A stretch of DNA of 64,000 bases, taken from positions 17,362-81,361 of the forward strand of contig JASFQK010000033.1 of the NCBI GenBank assembly GCA_050115495.1, written 5' to 3'. The translations under genes and the position numbers were made by a program. A model generated the notes under the pieces. That model saw nothing but the letters and a program-made list of their open reading frames with translations. It was not told where the DNA came from and made no database searches. Shown here in pieces: positions 43,772 to 53,565 of the stretch. Positions within the stretch are counted from its first letter, which is position 1. Each line of letters opens with the position of its first letter. Source of the stretch: Phycisphaerae bacterium. Its GTDB lineage: Bacteria > Planctomycetota > Phycisphaerae > UBA1845 > Fen-1342.

Positions 43772-45073
43772 TTACGGCGCCGGCTGCGTCGTCGCCGGCG
43801 GCTTGGGCCGCGCCCTGTGCGGCGCGCGCACCACCGGGATGCGCAGCGGTTTGTTGCCGTCGTTCTCCGTTCGCACGATCACGAAGGTTGATCCCGGCGG
43901 CTCGTAGTCTGCGGGGACCGTCAGCGTGATCACCGGTCGCGGCTCTGCATCGTAGCGCACCTTGACCGTCGGGTCCGTGCACGACACGTTCACGACCTTG
44001 TCTTCCTGGCCCGGTGCCCACGCCAGCCGCACGGCGAAGTCCTGCTCGGCCGGCAGATTGGCCGACAGACCGAAGCGCGGCGGCACCGATCGCAGCCGCG
44101 GTGTCAACTGCCCGATCACGCGGATTCGCTCTTCCGGCGACTCCGGCACACCTGTCTTCACCACCAGCGTCTCACGCAGGTACTTCTTCGGCCAGGGCGG
44201 TGTGAACGTCACTTGGAGCTCGTACCGCTCTCCCTTCTCGACCTCGCGCACCTCCACCGTCAATTGCGGGTTCTTCGGCGTTTCCACCACCGGCGCGATC
44301 GGTCCGCCGTCCCCGCGGGTCAGCCTCAGCTTGCGCGTGATGGCGGGCGTGCTCGCCGTGACCAACCCGAAGTTCACGAGCGACGGACTGAGGCGCAGCG
44401 GCTCGTACACGAAACCCTTGCACACCAGCCGCAACTGTGCCTGCTGGGCGTCGTTCGTCTCAACGCGGACAGTCTTCTCGAACTTGCCCCGCCGAGCCGT
44501 CGTCGGGACACTCACCTTGACTTCTTCTGCCTGACCCGGAGCGATGGTACGGTCCAACTGACCGTGGATGGTGAGCCCTCACGGCTTCAGCAGGTGGATG
44601 TCCAGGGCGCCTTGCCCCTCGTTGCGCACCGAGAAAACGAACTCGATGCTTGGGCCCCGCCAGCAGGCCGCCTTCTCCAGCTCCGGCTTGTCACACGTCA
44701 CTTTCGGCTGCGGCTGATCCGCTGGCGGGGGGATCAACCGGCGATTGCTGGTATCCCCGCAGCCCTTCGCCCCCGCCGGCTGCGTGGCCGGCTGCGGTGT
44801 GGCGGGTTTCTTCTCCTGTGACTTATCGGCCCCTTCCTTCTTCTTCGCCTCGTGGGCTTGGCGGACCGCCTCCTCGATCATGCGGATCAGCTCGGCGTCC
44901 GATTGCTGGGTCGGCTGGCTGGCCGGGGGCTCGGTTACTTCCTGCGGAACCGGGCCAGCGCCCGCCCGCGGGACCACCGCCACACCCAACGCGATCGCCA
45001 GCACCAGCGCCCCGCCCGCAATCCACGGGCCCGGTCGCCTGCCGTTTCGCCCCTTCGCCCTAATTCCCTTCAT
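43772..45073 (-). CDS. DUF1573-like secreted multi-Ig protein A with in-frame UGA at codon 165; candidate selenoprotein (433 aa if read through)
   Basis: ORFs 44579..45136 and 43772..44557 are in the same frame, separated by one TGA (44579-44581): FSVRNEGQGALDIHLLKP-TGA-GLTIHGQLDRTIAPGQAEEVKVSV...GKFEKTVRVETND. ATG 45073 has a GGAG RBS and is followed by a hydrophobic signal. Confidence 0.75.
44549..44565 (-). promoter_or_regulatory. Candidate bacterial SECIS hairpin A
   Basis: UGA + 13 nt + ACGGUC-AGUUG-GACCGU; loop begins 19 nt after the UGA with G at loop position 2. Confidence 0.62.
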
Positions 45074-45261
45074 TGACTCCGTCCTGGGTAGGCCCACTCG
45101 CCGACCAACGTACGCCTGCCGGTTCCCGACCGACAACAGCCGGCTATTCTATCGACCACTTGGTTATTCACCAAAACCCCCCGGGCGCACGCCAAATAGA
45201 ACCGCCGCCGGCAGAAGCCGGCGGCGGTCTGATAGTCGTCATTGCGATGCGCCCGGTCGCG

Positions 45262-46710
45262 CTACGGCGCGGGCTGCGTGGTCGGCGGTTGCGCCCTGAC
45301 CCGCGACGGCGGCTTGGTCACCCGCGGCGCGGCCTGCCTGGCAGGCTGCCCCCGTACCGGCGGCGTCCCGGCCCCAGCTCCAGCCGCCGGCCGGATTCCT
45401 CGTACCGGCTGCCGCACGACCGGAATCCGCAGGTTCGGCGCTTCCGTATCGTCCGTCATCACGGTGACCGCCACCACGCCCGTGGGCGAGTAATCCGCCG
45501 GGATGCTCACCACAACGTACGGTTTTCCGTCACGTTCCTCGTACCGTCCCGTCAGAGCCGTGTCCGAGCACACCACCTTCAGGACCTTGCCCGGGTTCGA
45601 TCCGGCCCACATCAACTGCACCGGCACTTCGAGCGCATCCGGCAACACGGCCGGCACACTCAGCCGCGGCGGATTCGCCCTCAACCGCGGCGGCGTCCGG
45701 CCCAGCACCGAAATCGTCTCGATCGGGCTTTCGGTCACGCCTGTCTTGAGCGACACCGTCCCGCGGAAACTGCTCGACGGCAATGGCGGCGTCAGCGTCA
45801 CGTCCAGCTCGTATCGCTCGCCGGGCTCGACTTCCCGAAGCTGCGCCGACATCTGCCGCTCGGCGATCGGCATGAGCTCCAGGGCCAGCGGCCCGCCGTC
45901 ACCACGCTTGATCTGCAGCGTCTTCGTCTGCGGTCCGCCTTCCCGGTTGAACGCGTTGAAGTTCACGATGCGCAGGTTCGTCGTGAACGGAACCAGCGCC
46001 TTGCCCTTGCACGATAGTGCCACACTGCGGTTCTGCGGGTCATTCGTCTGTACGCGGATGTCCTTGCTGAAGGCACCGGACCGCGACCGCGTGCTGATGC
46101 TTACCTTCACTTCTTCCGTTGCGCCCGGCGCGATAGAACGGTCAGCCTGACCGTCGATCTTGACGCCTCACCCTCCCTTGGCGCGGATATTCAGCACGCC
46201 CTCTCCCTCGTTCTTGATCTTGAATACGAACTCCGCCATCGCCCCGCCCCACGTCGGCGCCGCCTCCACGAGCGGTTGCTCGCAGACGTACTTCGGTTGC
46301 GGCTGATCCGCCGCCGGCGGCGTCAGATCCAGCTTCCCCGTCGCTCCGCCACAGCCCGACGCCGGCTTCGCCGCCTGCGGCGCTTTCTGAGTCGGAGTCT
46401 GCGGGTTGGCGGGTGCCGGTCTCACCGGACGCACCACGGGCGGAGCCGTCTTCGGCGGCGCCGTGGTTCCCTCCTGCTGCGCCTGACGGACCAGCTCCTC
46501 GATCTGCCGCGTCAACTCCTCTGCCGTCGGGTTGTCGCCACCGGCCGGCTGCGATGCCGGGGGCTGTGCGCTGCTCACCGCTTGCCCGGCCCCATCACCA
46601 GCCCAGGCAACCTCCGCCCCCAGTAACGTGACTACCAGTACGCACAGTCCCGGCACCAGCAGATGACGCAGCCATCTGCGGGCCGACCTGCCTTTGTCCA
46701 CGCTTACCAT
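45262..46710 (-). CDS. DUF1573-like secreted multi-Ig protein B with in-frame UGA at codon 181; candidate selenoprotein (482 aa if read through)
   Basis: ORFs 46168..46773 and 45262..46110 are in the same frame, separated by one TGA (46168-46170): FKIKNEGEGVLNIRAKGG-TGA-GVKIDGQADRSIAPGATEEVKVSI...GAFSKDIRVQTND. ATG 46710 has a GAGGA RBS and a signal ending AWA. Confidence 0.75.
46138..46154 (-). promoter_or_regulatory. Candidate bacterial SECIS hairpin B
   Basis: UGA + 13 nt + ACGGUC-AGGCU-GACCGU; stem and spacing identical to hairpin A. Confidence 0.62.
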
Positions 46711-46877
46711 CCGTAGTCCTCGATGAGAATCATGCACCCGCGCCGCTTCGGCACAGCCCGTCATCGGCAGCAAGGCCGCGCACGGCGACGCAAAGTCGCT
46801 ATTATACCGCGCGCCGCCGGGCAGTGGTACGGAATTACCGGTCCGCGCCGCCGGCCAACCGATCAGGAGGTGCTCCG

Positions 46878-47879
46878 TTGAAACCTGATTCCCTGCCGCT
46901 GCTCACCGATCAGGCCCGGCTGGAGAGCATCCTGGGCAAGACCGTGGCGGTTCTTGGTTATGGGTCCCAGGGGCACGCCCACGCCCTGAACCTGCGCGAT
47001 GCTGGCTGCCGCGTCATCGTCGCCCAGCGCCCGGGCGGCCCGCGCCACGAGGCCGCCCTCCGTGACGGCTTCCAACCCGCCACCATCCCCGACGCCGTCG
47101 ACCAGGCCGACCTGCTTATCTTCGGCCTGCCGGACGAGGCGGCGCCGGGGGTGTATGAGCAGGATATCGGACCTCGCTTGCGCCCCGGCCAGACTTTGGG
47201 GCTCCTGCATGGTTTCAATACTCATTACAACCAGATCTCGCCACCTCCGACCGTCGACGTGATCCTCCTGGGACCGAAGGGGCAGGGGCACGCTGTTCGG
47301 CGGGAGTATGTCGCCGGCCGGGGCGTCGCCGCCCTCGTTGCCGTCCACCAGGACGCCACGGGCCACGCCCTGGAAACCGCTCTCGGCTGGGCGGCCGGGA
47401 TCGGTTCCGGTCGGGCCGCCATCCTCCAGACTACCTTCGCCGACGAGACCGAGACTGATCTTTTCGGCGAGCAGGCCGTGCTCTGCGGCGGGCTGACCGC
47501 CCTCATCAAGGCCGGCTTCGAGACGCTGGTCGAGGCTGGCTATCCGCCCGAGCTGGCCTTCTTCGAGTGCTGCCACGAGGTCAAGCTCATCGTCGATCTC
47601 GTCTACGAGGGCGGCATCACGTACATGCGTGAACGCATCTCCAACACCGCCCGCTTCGGCGACCTGACCCGCGGGCCGCGCGTGATCGGCCCGGAGACCC
47701 GCGCCGCCATGCGCCAGATCCTCGCCGAGGTGCGCAGTGGTCAGTTCGCCCGCGAGTGGCTCGCGGAAAACCAGCAGGGCCGACCGCAGTTCACGGAATT
47801 AACCGAGCGCGATCGCGTACATGAAGTCGAGCGCGTCGGCGAGAGAATCCGCCAGCGGATGCGCCGACCGTCATCCTGA
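46878..47879 (+). CDS. ilvC: Ketol-acid reductoisomerase
   Basis: [60 protein letters not shown] after AGGAGG. Confidence 0.96.
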   Translation: MKPDSLPLLTDQARLESILGKTVAVLGYGSQGHAHALNLRDAGCRVIVAQRPGGPRHEAALRDGFQPATIPDAVDQADLLIFGLPDEAAPGVYEQDIGPRLRPGQTLGLLHGFNTHYNQISPPPTVDVILLGPKGQGHAVRREYVAGRGVAALVAVHQDATGHALETALGWAAGIGSGRAAILQTTFADETETDLFGEQAVLCGGLTALIKAGFETLVEAGYPPELAFFECCHEVKLIVDLVYEGGITYMRERISNTARFGDLTRGPRVIGPETRAAMRQILAEVRSGQFAREWLAENQQGRPQFTELTERDRVHEVERVGERIRQRMRRPSS

Positions 47880-47903
47880 GGCCCCCCTGCCAGGAGATTG
47901 ACC

Positions 47904-49235
47904 ATGTACCATTGGAGCGTCACCAGCGTCGTTGCTTTCGCCTTGCTGTCCGTCGTCCCGGTCGTTGCCGGCGATCCGGCCCAGGGCGACCCCGAGAAGC
48001 GAGCCCGTGAGTTGCTGCAACTGCTGGTCGATGAGAAGTACGACGAGTTCGTGGCCGCTGCCGACAAGACAATGCAGGCGGCCTTCAGCTCCGCCCAGGC
48101 CGGCCAGATGTGGGGCCTGTTCTGCTTCCAACTGGGCGATTATCAAACCGTCGAGTCCGCCACCACGACACACAAGGACAACCACGATTCCGTCAGTCTC
48201 GTCCTGCGCTTCGCCCGTGGCACGGTCACGCTGCGGATCGTATTGAATGAGGCGGGCGAACTCGCCGGCCTGTGGTCCGACCAGATCACCCCCGCGATCG
48301 CCTACGAGCCACCGTCCTACGTTCACAAGGACGCGTTTCGCGAAGTCGAGGTGACCGTCTCCGCCGGCCAGTTCGCCCTGCCCGGAACACTGACCGTGCC
48401 CACCGGCGACGGGACGTTCCCCGGCGTCGTGCTCGTCCACGGCTCGGGAGCGCACGACCGCGATGAGACGGTCGCGGCGCAGAAGCCGTTCCGCGATCTG
48501 GCTTGGGGTCTGGCTTCGCGCGGCATCGCCGTCCTCCGCTACGAGAAGCGCACCAAGGCCCATCCGCGGGCGTGCAAAGCCGACGAGTGGACGCTCGAGA
48601 CGGAGACCATCGACGACGCCGTCGCTGCCGCCGCTCTCCTGCGCACCCGCCCGGAGATCGACCCGCAGCGCGTCTTCGTCGTCGGCCACAGCCTCGGCGG
48701 CATCGCTGCACCGTACATCGCCCAGCGCGACAACAAGCTCGCCGGGATCGTCGTCCTCGCCGGCGCCGGCCGCTCCGTTGTCGACCTGATCGAGGAGCAG
48801 GTCGAGTACCTCGTCCACCTCGACGGCACCGTCACCCCCGAAGAGCAGCAGGCCATCGACCAGACGAAGCAGACCGCCGCCGCCGTCCGCTCCGGCCACC
48901 TGGACGAGGCCCCGACGGACGGCGCGTTGCCGGCCAAGTACCTCGCCGACCTGCACGCCCGGCGGCCGGCGGAGGTCGCCGCCAAGCTGAAGCTGCCCAT
49001 CCTCGTCGTGCAGGGTGGCCGCGACTACCAGGTGACCCGTGCCGACTTCGCCGTCTGGGAGCAGAATTTGCGCGACCGTCCCCAGGCCACGCTAAAGCTG
49101 CTGCCCGACCTGAACCACCTGTTCAACGCCGGCGACGGCTCCACCTCGGACCCCGCGGAGTACCAGAAGCCCGGGCATGTGGACGAGCGGGTGGTCACGC
49201 TGCTGGCCGACTGGCTGACGCACGTCGGCCGCTGA
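47904..49235 (+). CDS. Secreted alpha/beta hydrolase with DUF3887-like N-terminal domain
   Basis: VLVHGSGAHDRDET, LRYEKRT, GHSLGG nucleophile elbow, QGGRDYQV, LNHLF. Confidence 0.88.
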   Translation: MYHWSVTSVVAFALLSVVPVVAGDPAQGDPEKRARELLQLLVDEKYDEFVAAADKTMQAAFSSAQAGQMWGLFCFQLGDYQTVESATTTHKDNHDSVSLVLRFARGTVTLRIVLNEAGELAGLWSDQITPAIAYEPPSYVHKDAFREVEVTVSAGQFALPGTLTVPTGDGTFPGVVLVHGSGAHDRDETVAAQKPFRDLAWGLASRGIAVLRYEKRTKAHPRACKADEWTLETETIDDAVAAAALLRTRPEIDPQRVFVVGHSLGGIAAPYIAQRDNKLAGIVVLAGAGRSVVDLIEEQVEYLVHLDGTVTPEEQQAIDQTKQTAAAVRSGHLDEAPTDGALPAKYLADLHARRPAEVAAKLKLPILVVQGGRDYQVTRADFAVWEQNLRDRPQATLKLLPDLNHLFNAGDGSTSDPAEYQKPGHVDERVVTLLADWLTHVGR

Positions 49236-49345
49236 GCCGGGCCGGTTTGACTATCATTTCTAGAGTGCATAGAATCCCGCGACTGCGGTGGGTCGGCCGG
49301 CGGCACGCGCCGCCCGCCCCCGCCGCGACCAGCGGGAGATCAGCC

Positions 49346-49870
49346 ATGAACCAGCGCCACACGGAGTACTTCGGCCCCGACCTGGCCCGCGGGCCCTTTC
49401 CCCCGAATCAGATCGAGAGCGGTGCGCTGCAGATCGCGACCGCCCTGGCCCAGTTGCGGGCTCCCCTGGCCCGTGACGACGCCGAGATCGAGGCCCACGC
49501 CGAATTCATTCGCGGTCTGGCCGACCGCCTTGCCCCCGACTGGGCCGCGAGCATTCGCATCAGTGTCGGCGCGTACGCCATCGGCTACATCCCCGTCACG
49601 GTTGCCGCCGTCACCGGCTCGTGCAGCGTGCTCGAGTGCTGGCTGGCCGATTCGTATGGCGGTGGGCCGACCAACACCGCGCCCGACTCTGTGACCTGGA
49701 CGACGGGCACGGTGCTGGAGACGATCACGACGGACAAGCACTATCGCCTGCTCACGCCGACGACGGGGTACCTGGGCGTGACGGTGGGCAATGGGTACCA
49801 GCAGTCGTGGTACCTGGCCGTCGCCCGCCAGGCCCGCGTGTACTACTCGTACCCGCTCCAATTCGTGTAG
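49346..49870 (+). CDS. Hypothetical protein (174 aa), beta-rich C-terminal half
   Basis: ATG after GGGAG; host-like GC3 codon bias; followed by a strong hairpin. Confidence 0.65.
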   Translation: MNQRHTEYFGPDLARGPFPPNQIESGALQIATALAQLRAPLARDDAEIEAHAEFIRGLADRLAPDWAASIRISVGAYAIGYIPVTVAAVTGSCSVLECWLADSYGGGPTNTAPDSVTWTTGTVLETITTDKHYRLLTPTTGYLGVTVGNGYQQSWYLAVARQARVYYSYPLQFV

Positions 49871-49900
49871 AGGTGGACGCCGGCGTGCCGCCATCATAGT

Positions 49901-49933
49901 GCGACCCCGGCGAGGCAGGCTCGCCGGGGTCGC
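49901..49933. terminator. Hairpin terminator between convergent genes
   Basis: GCGACCCCGGCGAG-GCAGG-CTCGCCGGGGTCGC 14-bp perfect stem. Confidence 0.6.
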
Positions 49934-49986
49934 GGGTGAAACAGCTCGTTATGCACGAGCGTCTGTGGATGTCTCGTCGCTTCGCC

Positions 49987-50667
49987 TTAGCGGCGGCGGA
50001 GCATGAAGACGCCCAGACCGATCAGCAGCAGGCTGGCCGGCTCGGGAACCGCCTCGGCGGTGAGCTGCCAGTTGACGTCGAACGGGGTGCCTTCGTTGTT
50101 GACCTGCTGATAGGTGAAACCGAAGCTGCCGCCCGGGTTCCACTGGTAGTCGTTGGCATTGCCGAGCGACGTCTGGTAGGCGTACGCTTGGCCGCTCGTC
50201 GCGTACTCACGCACGGCCTGGAAGACCATGTAGTAGCTGCCCGCGGGGAGGAGGGCATGGTCGAAGTCCGCGCCCATGGTGCCGGCCGACAGCAGCGTGT
50301 CGTAGCCGCCGGTCGCGGTCAGCACGATGGAGCCGCTGTCCCAGGGCAGACCGTCGTAGATCAGGAAGTTGGCGCCCTGGCCGTCCACGGTGCCGTTGGT
50401 GAAGCCTTCGGCCACGACATCGTCGACGTAGTAGTCGACGCTGGTTTCGAAGTCGGAGACGACCCAGATATCGTACCCATCATACGCCGTTTCGAAATCC
50501 TGGGCGGCACTCCCGTATGTCTGAATGCCGTCATAGGCGTTGCCCAGCGTGTCGCGGTCCTGCACGGTCGGCCGGGCCGCGGGGGCGTACGCCGTCGAGT
50601 TGAGCGGCTCAGCGAACGCGCCGCCGGCCATGAGCAAAACAGCCAGAACCACAATACCTCTCTTCAT
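49987..50667 (-). CDS. PEP-CTERM sorting-domain protein
   Basis: Signal MKRGIVVLAVLLMAGGAFA; ends VPEPASLLLIGLGVFMLRRR. Confidence 0.93.
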   Translation of the reverse strand: MKRGIVVLAVLLMAGGAFAEPLNSTAYAPAARPTVQDRDTLGNAYDGIQTYGSAAQDFETAYDGYDIWVVSDFETSVDYYVDDVVAEGFTNGTVDGQGANFLIYDGLPWDSGSIVLTATGGYDTLLSAGTMGADFDHALLPAGSYYMVFQAVREYATSGQAYAYQTSLGNANDYQWNPGGSFGFTYQQVNNEGTPFDVNWQLTAEAVPEPASLLLIGLGVFMLRRR

Positions 50668-51158
50668 CTCCAACTCCTTCAACTCCAGAGACCTCCAAAC
50701 TCCTCTCTTGCGACCAAGCCCAAAAGACATGCGGGCCTTCTCGCGCAAGAGCTAACACGCGGACGGCGGTCGACAGAACAACACTGGCAGTCGCCGTCGG
50801 TGCGAGACCGAAGACAAACCGCCGTCTATACCTTTCTGTTCTGTTTGATTTCTCTTTCGGCGCCCGATTACACAATTCGGCCGAAAGGCGTCCAACAGCC
50901 GCACAACGTGGCACAGGTGCGGTTGTGCCTCGGCATTACTCAGATGCCAACGTAGCCAGATTCCATATGCATGTCAATTGAAGTTGGGCCCAGCGCCGGC
51001 GGGTCGATTGTCAATAATTGTTAGATGTCGTGTTGCTCGGGAAGCGGAAGCGCAGCACGCCGTCTCTTCTCGGACCGTCCGCACTGCACATCGACCGTCG
51101 CGCTCGTCGATCAGCTCGGCTCGTCAGCTGGCGGAGACGCCGGCGGCACGCCGTCGCC

Positions 51159-53468
51159 CTATTCCGCTGGCGGAGTGGGCTCATCCGGCTTGCGTGGCGG
51201 GCGGGGACGCTTCGGTCGCGCGCCGCGCGGCGCGTACTCGTGGGCCAGCCCGTCGTACGGGACCTCGATTTCGAGCAAACCCATGCTTACGACGATCATC
51301 TTCTTCGACGGCTTGCTGCGCACGACCTGCCCCGTCCGGTGAAATCGCTTGACGTACACGATCTCTCCCGGGGCCAGCGCTTCGGCCTCGGCCTCGGTCA
51401 GCGTCTGTGGCTCCGGACGCGGCGGGGCGCTGCGCTGCTGTTTCCGCGGCGGGACGGCGACGGGGCGGTCGCTCCTGGCGGCAGGCTGGCGGCGCGGGGG
51501 ATTATTCCGTGGCGCCGCGGAACGCGCCGGTGCGGACGCCGGCAGACGCGGCGGCGGGGCCGTCGTTTCGGGCGGCAGCACGTCTCCGAGCGGCACCTCG
51601 ACGGCGAAGGCCCCGACGTCCACCTCGGCCCGCTGCTGATCGAGCCGCACGCGGAGGACGCGCCCGTCGCGATCAAAGTTGCGGACGCGCACCGGGTCGC
51701 CGGGTTGCAGGTGCACGACGCGCTGCACCCAATGCTGGAACTCGGCCTGCTTCTGTTCGAGACGGCTGCGGGCGTCGTGGGCCTCGCCGCGCGCCCGCTG
51801 GGCGTCGAGCTCGGCGTCCTGAGCGGCTCGCCGGGCCTGCTCGGCTTCGCGTTTGGCCTGGGCCGTGCCGCGCAGGGCGGCCCCGAGCTGCCGCGCCTGT
51901 CGCGAGAGGTTGTTGCGGGCGGCGACGGCCAGGCGTCGCGGCATGCCCAGCCGTTGGGCGACGTCGATGGCGCAGCTCGCCCCCGGCTCGCCGATGCGCA
52001 GGTGATACGTCGGCCGCAGCGTCTCGTTGTCGAACTCGACGGAGGCGTTCTCGGCGCGCGGGCGGGTCAGGGCGTACGCCTTCAGCGCTCCGAGGTGCGT
52101 CGTGACGATGCAGCGCGTCTGCAAGCGCAGCAACTCGTCGAGCATGGCCCGACCGAGGGCGGCCCCTTCGTCCGGGTCGGTTCCGGCGCCGAGCTCGTCG
52201 ATGAGCATGAGCGTCTTGCGGTTGGCTTTCTGGAGCATCTCGAGCAGCCGCTTCAGGTGGGCGCTAAAGGTGCTGAGCGACTGCTGCATCGACTGCTCGT
52301 CGCCGATGTCGATGAGCACGTCGTTGTACAGTCCGACCGTGCTGCCCGGACCGACGGGCACGGGGATGCCGGCCTGCACCATGAGGTTGATGAGGCCGAC
52401 GGTCTTCAGTGTCACCGTCTTTCCGCCGGTGTTCGGGCCGGTGACGATGAGCAGATCGAAGTCGCTGCCCAGGCGATAGTCGATAGGCACGATCTCGCTG
52501 ATCGGTTCGCCGGCCTCGCGGTGCTGGTGCTGGAGATCGACCAGCAGCGGGTGGCGGGCCTGGCGGACGTCGAGCAGGCCGTCCGTGCTGAGCGCCGGGC
52601 AGCGCAGCTCGTAGGCCCGAGCGAAGCGCACCTTGGCGACGATCAGGTCGAGGACGGCCATCGTGTCGAGCGTGCGCAGGATCTCTTCGCCGTTGAGATG
52701 CACTTCGTGGGCCAGTTCCCACAGCAGCCGGTCGCACTCCTCCTTCTCGGCGATGCGCAGGTTGCTGATCTGGTTGTTCAGCTCGACGACCTGGGCGGGC
52801 TCGACGTAGACGGTCGCCCCGCTGTCGGACGTGCGGTGGATGATGCCGGGCAGCCGGCCGCGGTACTCGGTGCGCAGCGGCAGGACGATGCGGTCGTTAT
52901 GGAACGTCGGGTTGGCATATTGCAGCAGCCGGCGCACGGTCGGCTCGCGCAGCAGGCGCTCAACGGTCGTCCCGATCTGGCGGGTGGCCTCGTCGATCTG
53001 GGTGCGGATCCGCTGGAGCTTCGGGCTGGCGTCGTCGCGCACCTGGCCGCGCGGATCGACGATCGCCCGCACGCGGGTGGCGATCGAATCGAAGTCGCCG
53101 ATGCGCCCGGCCACGTGCTTCAGCTCGGGGCTGTCCTCGGGCAGGTCGTGCAGGTAGCGGGTCAGGTCGCGCGTTGCCGCCAGGGCGTCCCCCACGCGGG
53201 CCATCTCCTCGACGCTGACGCGCAGCGGCGGTGCACAGCGGCGCACGATCTCGCGCACGTCGGTCACGCCGCCAAACGGCGGCAGCCCGTGCTGCTCCAC
53301 GTAGCGCTGCAACTCGATCACCTGGTCGAGCCAGCGCTGCACCATCTGTGGCCGGCCGATCGGCCGGATCTGCTGCGCGAGCGAGCGGCCCAGGCCGGTC
53401 ATGGCGTGCCGGGCGAGCAGGGCGCGTACGCTGGGAAAGTCCAGACATTCCAGAGCGTGGGCGTCCAT
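51159..53468 (-). CDS. mutS2: MutS2-family ATPase with two KOW-like domains and no Smr domain
   Basis: N-terminus LECLDF; SDSGATVYVEP; ARHPLL; TGPNTGGKTVTLK; DIGDEQS; SLSTFSAH; DELGAGTDP; TTH; GEPGASCA. Confidence 0.88.
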   Translation of the reverse strand: MDAHALECLDFPSVRALLARHAMTGLGRSLAQQIRPIGRPQMVQRWLDQVIELQRYVEQHGLPPFGGVTDVREIVRRCAPPLRVSVEEMARVGDALAATRDLTRYLHDLPEDSPELKHVAGRIGDFDSIATRVRAIVDPRGQVRDDASPKLQRIRTQIDEATRQIGTTVERLLREPTVRRLLQYANPTFHNDRIVLPLRTEYRGRLPGIIHRTSDSGATVYVEPAQVVELNNQISNLRIAEKEECDRLLWELAHEVHLNGEEILRTLDTMAVLDLIVAKVRFARAYELRCPALSTDGLLDVRQARHPLLVDLQHQHREAGEPISEIVPIDYRLGSDFDLLIVTGPNTGGKTVTLKTVGLINLMVQAGIPVPVGPGSTVGLYNDVLIDIGDEQSMQQSLSTFSAHLKRLLEMLQKANRKTLMLIDELGAGTDPDEGAALGRAMLDELLRLQTRCIVTTHLGALKAYALTRPRAENASVEFDNETLRPTYHLRIGEPGASCAIDVAQRLGMPRRLAVAARNNLSRQARQLGAALRGTAQAKREAEQARRAAQDAELDAQRARGEAHDARSRLEQKQAEFQHWVQRVVHLQPGDPVRVRNFDRDGRVLRVRLDQQRAEVDVGAFAVEVPLGDVLPPETTAPPPRLPASAPARSAAPRNNPPRRQPAARSDRPVAVPPRKQQRSAPPRPEPQTLTEAEAEALAPGEIVYVKRFHRTGQVVRSKPSKKMIVVSMGLLEIEVPYDGLAHEYAPRGARPKRPRPPRKPDEPTPPAE

Positions 53469-53565
53469 CGTCTGATTGCACTCCGGTGCGGCAACGGCGA
53501 CAATGAATCGTGGCAGTGGTCCACGCCCGTGAGCCGGTGCCGATTTCCGTTCCGGCAATTAGCCT

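Noticed and set aside
44579..46170. Genome-wide UGA reassignment (genetic code 4 or 25)
   Set aside because: UGA acts as a normal stop for many genes here (cysA, cysW, typA, ilvC).
43772..46773. Interpretation as four separate genes or two pseudogenes
   Set aside because: The UGA splits one domain at the same column in both paralogs, the frame is preserved, no other lesions are seen, and a conserved hairpin follows each UGA.
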